Source: a virus
Length of the DNA: 64,000 nucleotides
IMG/VR virus record: IMGVR_UViG_3300025141_008848
Location: 1 to 64,000 of that record
Strand: one strand, 5' to 3'
The notes beneath the pieces are model-generated. The model was not told the origin of the DNA and searched no databases. It saw only the letters and a list, made by a program, of their open reading frames with translations. Positions 20,598-28,255 of the stretch are shown here, piece after piece. The position numbers were made by a program, and so were the translations under genes. Numbering within the stretch: position 1 is the stretch's first letter; each line of letters starts with the position of its first letter.

Positions 20598-21836
20598 TTA
20601 TGATTTTCTTATTAATTCTCTATACCACTCAGCTCTTTGTTGAGTAACCGTTTTAAGAGCGTATTTAGGGAAAACCGTTTCATATAACTTTTCACCTAAA
20701 TCCTCCACCAAAGCAGGGCTATCAATTAACCTCTTAAGGTGTTGATACCACATTTTGTGATTTTTTACTTTAGGGACTAATAGAGCATTCCCATTTTTAT
20801 TTATACCACCACCTTTCTCAAAAGCATTTATACAATCAATGGTATAAGGACCATAGTCCTGTAATACTAAAGCTTTTTTATGAAACCCAGCCTCAATTAC
20901 TTTTAGTTGTGACTTAACCTTATTAAAAATATGTTGTTTTAAAGGTGCGACACTAATATCAAAGTTATTATAGTTTGATGCATATGTGGTAATCGGCTTA
21001 GTCCAAACTCTTCTATAGTTAGAATCTAAATTACCAGTAATTTGTTTCTTTTTAAAAGACAGAAGTTCTTCTTTGTATTTGTCATCAGATAAAATCCTAT
21101 AATTATCTGTCATTATTTGTTCATATTTATACCACACTGATTCAGTTGGTGTAATTGGTCTTTGTGATTGTTTACCTGTCTTTTGGTCAAATACTGTCAT
21201 GGAGCCACGTAAATCGTACCCACATAAAACAATTTGAAACTGGTCCTTTCTTGAACCATATAATTTACCAGATACACCACTAAGAATCTCTAAATCTTTA
21301 ATGTGTGAAGAACCCCCTAACCACCCGATTCTAACTTTATTTGATTTTGTAGGTTTGGGAACATACTGTTTCTCCTCATGGTCAATAGCGTTAGGGTATA
21401 TATAAACATTTTTATTTAGTTTTGCTATTTCTTCAGCAAAAACAGTTGTGGTGGTGGTAACCGCTCCAGCTAATCGGATATTAGCTTTTATCTTCTCATC
21501 AATTTTATTCTCCTTAACAATCATATGGGCAGGATGGTCCTGAGTAGGTAACCAATAATCATCCAGGTCCATAATATGGGGTATCCCCCACTTGGTTAAT
21601 CTTTTTGCAACCGACTTAGAGGCATCATAATCGGGACCAATACTTCTATGGTAGTGAACCAAATCATATTGTTTCCACCAATTATCATCATGGTAAGGGG
21701 GGTCGTAAACTATATCTACCCAGAAATCTTCTGGATACATATCTTGTAAGTAGGTATGGGGGTCCACAGACCTAAATTTGGATACACCAGTTCTATCACT
21801 GGGTAGTACTAAAATTCTGTATTTTGCTTTTTTCAT
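20598..21836 (-). CDS. GT-B (GT4-like) glycosyltransferase
   Basis: MDLDDYW, PNAID, IGWLGGSSH, DISVAPL, FNKVKSQLKVIEAG. Confidence 0.8.
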   Translation of the reverse strand: MKKAKYRILVLPSDRTGVSKFRSVDPHTYLQDMYPEDFWVDIVYDPPYHDDNWWKQYDLVHYHRSIGPDYDASKSVAKRLTKWGIPHIMDLDDYWLPTQDHPAHMIVKENKIDEKIKANIRLAGAVTTTTTVFAEEIAKLNKNVYIYPNAIDHEEKQYVPKPTKSNKVRIGWLGGSSHIKDLEILSGVSGKLYGSRKDQFQIVLCGYDLRGSMTVFDQKTGKQSQRPITPTESVWYKYEQIMTDNYRILSDDKYKEELLSFKKKQITGNLDSNYRRVWTKPITTYASNYNNFDISVAPLKQHIFNKVKSQLKVIEAGFHKKALVLQDYGPYTIDCINAFEKGGGINKNGNALLVPKVKNHKMWYQHLKRLIDSPALVEDLGEKLYETVFPKYALKTVTQQRAEWYRELIRKS

Positions 21837-21842
21837 AAATTA

Positions 21843-21871
21843 ATAGTAAAGCAAAAAACCGAATATGTCAA
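21843..21871 (-). promoter_or_regulatory. Housekeeping-sigma-type promoter at the head of the glycan locus
   Basis: TTGACA-N17-TACTAT ending a few nt before ATG 21836. Confidence 0.6.
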
Positions 21872-21885
21872 AGGCTAAAGGTACC

Positions 21886-22521
21886 TTATTTTACTGTTTT
21901 TGTTGAAGTGATTTTTCCATAGAAAACTTTGTCACCCACACGGAATTGAAAATTTTCTCCCATATCTCTCCTTAAACCAATACTCTCATTAATTTTAGTG
22001 TTAACAACTTCATCTAAAAGTTCTTTAACTGATTCTTTAATTATTGATTTTAAATTTTTGGATGATAGTTTTTGGGTCTTAGGTTTAACGGACTCTGTTA
22101 CTAATTCATTAATATTATTTTGTGGTTGGGTGGAAGTAGAAATGCCTTGTTTATCCATTTGGGTTCTTACACCACTTAAGAAATCATCACTTAGACTAGT
22201 ACCACCACCATTAAAAGGGATATCTGGTATAGGGGTTGATATCATTGCTTGTTTAATAGCATCTGGTAATCTGGAGTTATTAATTCTTTCTTCACTCATA
22301 TTTGCTTTAGGGTGTAAGTTAGGTGGTTTGTTACTTAAAGTTGGTTCTGGTGTAGTAGGAAGTTGTGGAATATGTTGTTGAACACTTTCCATATTAATAT
22401 TTTGTGTTGGACTAGAAGAAGTGAGGTTATTACTACTTTTAGTAAAATTACCCCCATCTACTTTATTCATAACCTTTTTTGCGTTTATTAAAGATTGTTG
22501 TAATGTTGTTATATCTGCCAT
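21886..22521 (-). CDS. Hypothetical protein
   Basis: 211-aa ORF in a tightly packed operon; contains a LKSIIKESVKE helix. Confidence 0.7.
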   Translation of the reverse strand: MADITTLQQSLINAKKVMNKVDGGNFTKSSNNLTSSSPTQNINMESVQQHIPQLPTTPEPTLSNKPPNLHPKANMSEERINNSRLPDAIKQAMISTPIPDIPFNGGGTSLSDDFLSGVRTQMDKQGISTSTQPQNNINELVTESVKPKTQKLSSKNLKSIIKESVKELLDEVVNTKINESIGLRRDMGENFQFRVGDKVFYGKITSTKTVK

Positions 22522-22525
22522 AATT

Positions 22526-22927
22526 TTAAAATTTTGAGTTATACATTAGTCTATCCATAGAATTATCACCTACAGGATTATATAATGGCGGTTCGTCAAA
22601 AGTCAAGAATAAACTACCATCACCTTTAATAGGTTTCATACTTTTTATCCTATCTACCCTAAATAACCTCCAGTCAGGTAAAGGTATACCTTTTTTATTA
22701 ACTTTTAAAGAGGGACCTGAAGTTTGATATGCTCTAATTACCGGATTATTTTTTTTAGAATATCCGTAAGCTACCGGTTGTATAGTTCTAGCTTGTGAAC
22801 CATCAGGTAGTTTCTCGTCATCTAGATATTTTAACTCACAAGTATTTTTGTTAGTTATCACATCTTTAATTACTTGATTAGAAACATTTTCAGTTAATAA
22901 TTGTATTAATGACTCGAGTAATTTCAT
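22526..22927 (-). CDS. Stand-alone WYL-like domain protein
   Basis: LKY...RTIQPVAYG...IRAYQ...WRLFRVDRIKSM. Confidence 0.7.
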   Translation of the reverse strand: MKLLESLIQLLTENVSNQVIKDVITNKNTCELKYLDDEKLPDGSQARTIQPVAYGYSKKNNPVIRAYQTSGPSLKVNKKGIPLPDWRLFRVDRIKSMKPIKGDGSLFLTFDEPPLYNPVGDNSMDRLMYNSKF

Positions 22928-22933
22928 TTGAGC

Positions 22934-23275
22934 TTATTTTTGTGGTGCGTAACCATTACCCGAATCGACATTCCCAGAATTATATGGGTTGTCTTTGCCA
23001 TAAAGATTAGTCTTGAGGTTATTAAGTCTTCCGGTATTCACTTCACCATTACCCATAATATCAGTTTTAGTACCTATATCCTCACCATAAACACCTAAAT
23101 ATATAGAATTACCTCTACCTTTACCATCACCATCTGACAATGCATTAGGGTGGTTAGGACTATATCCTTCGGTATCACTTATCTGGTAGGTATTTTTTAC
23201 TGTCATCTGTTTTCTGAATTTTTCTGATTCGTCAGTTAATTTTTCACCTGGTTGTTTTTGATTAAAATCTGCCAT
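22934..23275 (-). CDS. Hypothetical protein (possibly virion)
   Basis: 113-aa ORF, operonic; HPNALSDGDGKGRG. Confidence 0.65.
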   Translation of the reverse strand: MADFNQKQPGEKLTDESEKFRKQMTVKNTYQISDTEGYSPNHPNALSDGDGKGRGNSIYLGVYGEDIGTKTDIMGNGEVNTGRLNNLKTNLYGKDNPYNSGNVDSGNGYAPQK

Positions 23276-23281
23276 AATTAT

Positions 23282-23737
23282 TTATTTTATTAATTGTTTT
23301 ATTCTGTCTATTTCTTCATAAACAGCTCTATTATTACTTATGTCGTTACTACTTGTAGCTACTTTTATTTTTCTTACTTTAGTTGGGTTTTTAGACCTAT
23401 CCTTCGTATGAGTTTTTTTAAAAACATTTTCTTCACCGGAATCCTGTCTAATTTTTTTAGAGTTGTGTACCCCATCTCTTCTTCTAGTTAAAGAATCATT
23501 TATGAAAGTTAACATATCATCTCCACCAACTACATTATAATCCTCATCCTCCAAATCATTTTCTAATTCATGTTTAAACTTTTTTGCTTGAGGGTAGGTT
23601 AAACTGCCATCACTAACCATATTCTTACATCTATCATATCCTTTATCACCAGGACCCAAAGACTTTAAATTGTTGGACAATAGAGATAATATAGAATCTG
23701 GCAATACATAAGTATCATCTTTTAAATCATTATTCAT
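23282..23737 (-). CDS. Hypothetical protein
   Basis: 151-aa ORF ending YEEIDRIKQLIK. Confidence 0.65.
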   Translation of the reverse strand: MNNDLKDDTYVLPDSILSLLSNNLKSLGPGDKGYDRCKNMVSDGSLTYPQAKKFKHELENDLEDEDYNVVGGDDMLTFINDSLTRRRDGVHNSKKIRQDSGEENVFKKTHTKDRSKNPTKVRKIKVATSSNDISNNRAVYEEIDRIKQLIK

Positions 23738-24575
23738 TATATAATTCTATTTTATCAATTAACTCTTCAAGAGAAACATCTTCCGCAGAAGCAAGCTTCA
23801 ATAGTTGTTTTATTTTAATGTCCAATAAAGAATTCTTACCATCTGAAATCTCACCACCAGAGTCTTTTTTAGATAACAAAACCTCAATCATCTTTCTAGC
23901 TTTGACTTCCGATAATTTTTTTAACCTTTCCTTTTCAGTTAATCGTTGTTGACCTTTCTTATCTAAACCTACCGTCTTACCCATAGATTCAGCTCTTTCA
24001 ACCGCTTCTACCTCATCCATATCATGTTCCTTCTCAAAATATTCAATAGTTTCAGCCGCATCTTTAAATTCCGTATCCTCAAACCCTAAAACCTCACTCA
24101 TATCATGTTCACCCAGTTCTTCTACGGATTCACCATAATATCTTTTAAAGTAATGACCAGCTCCGGTCCAAGCACCAGCTTGTCTAGTGGCTTTAACTAC
24201 ATCGTCAGTTGTTTTTCTAGAACTAAGACTTTTTACATTATCCGCCCCAGGAGGAATCTTACTATTTTGTATTGACCCATCAAAATCTAATAATTCCGTC
24301 ACCTCCTCTACTTCACTATCATCACTATCGTCATTATCTAACTCATCCCTTAAAATATCATCTATCATTTTTAAATGTTCTTCATCATTCTGACTTTTGG
24401 CTGCTTCATCCAAACACACAGCTGTAAACCTGTCAGATTTAGGTTCTATTTGAAATTTAAAGACCTCAGATAATGTCAAGAAATCTAACGGAGAAATACT
24501 TTTTCCACCACCTAATTCTTCTTTCAGTATCTTAAGCTCTTTAATAACATGAGTAATTGCTTCAATTCTTTTCAT
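23730..24575 (-). CDS. Acidic hypothetical protein
   Basis: 281-aa ORF preceded by the TATTTATA motif. Confidence 0.7.
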   Translation of the reverse strand: MKRIEAITHVIKELKILKEELGGGKSISPLDFLTLSEVFKFQIEPKSDRFTAVCLDEAAKSQNDEEHLKMIDDILRDELDNDDSDDSEVEEVTELLDFDGSIQNSKIPPGADNVKSLSSRKTTDDVVKATRQAGAWTGAGHYFKRYYGESVEELGEHDMSEVLGFEDTEFKDAAETIEYFEKEHDMDEVEAVERAESMGKTVGLDKKGQQRLTEKERLKKLSEVKARKMIEVLLSKKDSGGEISDGKNSLLDIKIKQLLKLASAEDVSLEELIDKIELYNE

Positions 24576-24586
24576 TTTCTTTTATA

Positions 24587-24620
24587 TATAAATATCTAAA
24601 CCAATCAAATAGTATTTATT
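24587..24620. promoter_or_regulatory. Back-to-back putative late promoters
   Basis: TATTTATA on minus (24587-24594) and TATTTATT on plus (24613-24620), at the strand switch. Confidence 0.55.
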
Positions 24621-24625
24621 AATAC

Positions 24626-27600
24626 ATGGGAACACAAAATTTAAATAATTTTTATTTCAATAAACTAGATACTAAAATTAATTATAGTCAGTATTATGAT
24701 TTATTTTTAGCGTCTGATGAGAAAGATTTTAATACTGATGTGGTATGGTCTAGTGGGATTACTGCTTATGATGATGGTGACATACTACCAGTATGGATTG
24801 ACCTTAATGATACCAATTGTTCCACACAACCAACCACAACATGTGCATTCCAGTATCCAACAGGAAATACCCCAACCTACTACACCAATACGGGATACAC
24901 ACCTTTTGTCATTTTAAGTAAGAATATTTGGCCTGAAGCAAAATCTATGTGTGACTGTCCTTGGAATAATTATGGGTATACCGCGTCAACCCAATGGTTT
25001 GAAATTTGTGACTCAATATATACAGGTTTGGATAATGGTTTGCTTAATGAAGAGCAACTTTTGGATGGATACTGCCTATACTTAGTGGACTCATTTTCAG
25101 CAGCGGGATGGACCAATGGTACTTTTGACCAACACACATACGATAAAAGGTTAAAAATGAACCAAGTAAAAGCATTCGGACACCCTACTTTAGGAGCCAC
25201 TAATGAATGGTACACAGATACTAGTATTTTAAATAATTTTGATAGCTCTGGTTATTACCAAGACCTACGAGGAGGATTCTATCAAGGATTCTATAAATTA
25301 TATGGTTATCCATATGAGGTACTACCAACCAGACCTAAGAAAGGATGGTCTTTCGAGACTTATTTAAAATTAAATACGATTGGTAGTACTCTTTGTGATG
25401 GTGGTGAAGGATTTATTAATCCTTGTTGTCAACCAGTAGGTGATGAGTCACTTACGTGTGGTGAAAACGGAAATTGTTACAATACTAGTGGGTGGAATAA
25501 TATTAATTTTGTAACAACCGCAACGAGTATTACTTTTGGTTTCGCGACAAATGTCTGTAGTCCCCTAACATCACCACCTAACAGTTTACCCCAACATTTA
25601 TTAAATTATAGTGTAGCGGGACTTAATGTTATTAATGTAGAAAATAGTAATAATGGAGGGTTCTTCTTTTATAAAGGAATCAGAGCAGAGGACAAATATC
25701 AAAACAGAGGAGGACTATCTGCCGATACCCAATTAGATACCTTATCAGCATGTACCACATTAAGTGGGGGGCATTATACAATATCAGGTGTTACAGGTTG
25801 TTGTAATACAGTGGAAAAAGCGGTAAAGCTAACCAACCAAAATAAATCACCAGACCCAAGATATGACGTTTATAGTAATGCTTTTGGTGTGAGATTAACG
25901 GATGACATGAGAATAGGTTATCGAACTATTAGATATACGGGTGAATGTATAACAACGGGGGATACAACTGGTATTGTACCCCCATACTACTACAATGGTC
26001 AGTGGTTGGAAGGTGGAACAACCGGAAACACATGTAATACAGGAAGTAGTTTTTCATGTGGGTATACTATAGAGGAAAGTTATTCGGACCCAATATGTCA
26101 ATTTATAACACAAAGTGGTAATTGTGCGGAGACTTGGATTCAGGTAGATGTTGTTTTTGATAGAAACCTATACCTAGAAGAATGTGAAATATATAATAAT
26201 GGTGGTGTTAATGATTTGGTTAAGATTAGGGTTGATAAGTTTGAGAGGTATGGTAGTCATGTAGCAAATAATGGGGGCCCTTTTGGGTGTCACCCGACAG
26301 AACATGCTCAAGAAGTGAAACCATGTAAAGACCAATACCCTAGGTTCATAGAAGATGCATATTTTGATTTTAATTGTCATGGTGCACAAGTACAAAGTTG
26401 GTTTAATGAAAGAGAGTATAGGTTGGGAACTCTAACCTTCTATGTAAATGGAAGAAGAGTGCATAAAGTAGAAAATTATGAAGAAATAATACCTAGACAA
26501 TTAAATACAAATAAACAAACACAGGTAGGTGTGGCTTATAATATGTCTTGGGGTGGTGGAGCACTAGGACTAAGAGAAAGCCTAATCCAACAAAGACCTT
26601 CACCATGGGACCCATGTGTTATTGACAGTGGTGGGCCTAATCAGACAACCTTCACCAACTTAGATTTAACACCAGATAGAAGATTGATAAGTGATAATTT
26701 TGCTGGTTCATTTGTGGGTGGAATATCACAAATGATGTATTACCTCAAACCACTAAGTGCTGATGAAATATATCATAATTTTTTAATTAACAAAGATAGA
26801 TATAGTTTAATAGACTGTGAAGAATGTAAGAATTGTAATAGTATGTGTGCTGATTGTGACTTACCTGGAGCTATTAATCCACAAGATACGTCACCAGTGG
26901 CTACATATCCATTACACACCTATATTGCTTGTACCGGTGGAAATAATCAAGTTCCTGGATATATAGCAAATGGATTCCCAGTAATTTTTATATCTGACTC
27001 CGGAGGGACTAATAATTACGAAGTGGATTCAGAGGACTACTACCAGATTATAGGGGCTCCAGAGGTAGGTACGGTAGTAAGACGTAATGTTTTACAGAAT
27101 GATGGAGTAACTTATCTACAACAATGTTATGAATATGTGGGAGTACAACAGTTCCCAATACCTGATGTTGGATGGACTTATTTAGTAATTATAGCAGCTC
27201 CTGGTGGGGTTAACGAATTAACTATATTTCCATATAGTAACCCACCTTTTACTGGGGATACTAGATGTAACGATTGTTGTGTGGGTTGTGGTTCTTCATC
27301 TGCACCCGTAGGTCCACCACCACCACCACCGCCACCTCCTAGTCCAAATAGTTGCCCAGCACAAACTACAGTACCACCACCGGGTAATTGTATTGGTAAA
27401 ATATTTGGTGGTGAGTATACAAATATAGTAGGTGCTACTGTAGACTACTTTATAGACCCAGCAAATGGAAACCAGAATGTACTTTTTGGTGACATTTATT
27501 TTGAAATACCAAGAAATCAACCATGTCCACCAATACCAGAATGTAATGGGTTGTTAAATGGAGGTAGTCATATGTTACATCACATAACAACTATCCATGT

Positions 27601-27775
27601 GACTTATTTAGGTGTAACACAAGTATTTACAATGACTTCTACATGGGCAGATGTGGTGGCTGGATTACTAGTACAAGGAGCTCCAGTTACAACAATGATG
27701 GGTTATAACCAAATACTATCCCTTGGAATAAGTGTGTCAGCAGTAAATGGTACTCCATGTACAGGTTGTTCGTAA
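24626..27775 (+). CDS. Large Cys-rich putative virion protein (possible LamG-like beta-sandwich)
   Basis: GWSFETYL...WIQVDVVF...LTFYVNG...FVGGISQMMYY.KPLSADEIYHNF; poly-Pro linker; late motif upstream. Confidence 0.6.
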   Translation: MGTQNLNNFYFNKLDTKINYSQYYDLFLASDEKDFNTDVVWSSGITAYDDGDILPVWIDLNDTNCSTQPTTTCAFQYPTGNTPTYYTNTGYTPFVILSKNIWPEAKSMCDCPWNNYGYTASTQWFEICDSIYTGLDNGLLNEEQLLDGYCLYLVDSFSAAGWTNGTFDQHTYDKRLKMNQVKAFGHPTLGATNEWYTDTSILNNFDSSGYYQDLRGGFYQGFYKLYGYPYEVLPTRPKKGWSFETYLKLNTIGSTLCDGGEGFINPCCQPVGDESLTCGENGNCYNTSGWNNINFVTTATSITFGFATNVCSPLTSPPNSLPQHLLNYSVAGLNVINVENSNNGGFFFYKGIRAEDKYQNRGGLSADTQLDTLSACTTLSGGHYTISGVTGCCNTVEKAVKLTNQNKSPDPRYDVYSNAFGVRLTDDMRIGYRTIRYTGECITTGDTTGIVPPYYYNGQWLEGGTTGNTCNTGSSFSCGYTIEESYSDPICQFITQSGNCAETWIQVDVVFDRNLYLEECEIYNNGGVNDLVKIRVDKFERYGSHVANNGGPFGCHPTEHAQEVKPCKDQYPRFIEDAYFDFNCHGAQVQSWFNEREYRLGTLTFYVNGRRVHKVENYEEIIPRQLNTNKQTQVGVAYNMSWGGGALGLRESLIQQRPSPWDPCVIDSGGPNQTTFTNLDLTPDRRLISDNFAGSFVGGISQMMYYLKPLSADEIYHNFLINKDRYSLIDCEECKNCNSMCADCDLPGAINPQDTSPVATYPLHTYIACTGGNNQVPGYIANGFPVIFISDSGGTNNYEVDSEDYYQIIGAPEVGTVVRRNVLQNDGVTYLQQCYEYVGVQQFPIPDVGWTYLVIIAAPGGVNELTIFPYSNPPFTGDTRCNDCCVGCGSSSAPVGPPPPPPPPPSPNSCPAQTTVPPPGNCIGKIFGGEYTNIVGATVDYFIDPANGNQNVLFGDIYFEIPRNQPCPPIPECNGLLNGGSHMLHHITTIHVTYLGVTQVFTMTSTWADVVAGLLVQGAPVTTMMGYNQILSLGISVSAVNGTPCTGCS
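27314..27340 (+). repeat. CCA-type trinucleotide run encoding poly-proline
   Basis: ccaccaccaccaccaccgccacctcct = P9. Confidence 0.9.
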
Positions 27776-27813
27776 TAACCAATATATATGATATTTATAA
27801 TAAAATAAGATAA

Positions 27814-28209
27814 ATGGAATTTTTTATAAGAAAAAACTCACTAGAACCGATACTTAAAATGCAACTTGTGCAAGATGGTAGAAATGACTTTAAAAGTTTT
27901 CATGACAAGTTAGCAAATTCCAGTATATATTTTTCTATGAAAGACGTAAAAACTGGGATTCCTAAGATATTAAACGCGAAAGCACATATAGTTGCTAAAA
28001 CTACTGTATCGGTTAATTCTCCGGTTGAGTATTACATATATTATAAGTGGAAATCTAGAGATGTTAATAAATCTGGTAGATTTGAAGGACAATTTATCGT
28101 ATATTTTCATGAACAAAATTGTTCAGAACTAATAGTACCAATCCGAGAAGACCTATACATTAATATTTCCGAATCTTTTGTTGGTGCCCCTTGTAACCCA
28201 CCTTGTTAA
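27814..28209 (+). CDS. BppU-N-like (baseplate/fibre attachment) domain protein
   Basis: FFIRKNSLEPILKMQL...IYYKW...D....GRFEGQF.V.F....LIVP....LYINI. Confidence 0.55.
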   Translation: MEFFIRKNSLEPILKMQLVQDGRNDFKSFHDKLANSSIYFSMKDVKTGIPKILNAKAHIVAKTTVSVNSPVEYYIYYKWKSRDVNKSGRFEGQFIVYFHEQNCSELIVPIREDLYINISESFVGAPCNPPC

Positions 28210-28213
28210 TTTA

Positions 28214-28244
28214 TTGATTAGTTAGAGTTTTTTATTTATATTTG
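28214..28244 (+). promoter_or_regulatory. Host-type promoter of the DNA polymerase gene
   Basis: TTGATT-N17-TATATTTG; the downstream box matches the Bacteroidota TAnnTTTG element. Confidence 0.55.
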
Positions 28245-28255
28245 TATGTAATAAT

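Noticed and set aside
379-21836. Bacterial O-antigen/capsule locus (host chromosome or prophage flank)
   Set aside because: Interleaved with phage-type phoH and dUTPase, continuous in style with the virion genes, and lacking wzx/wzy/transport genes
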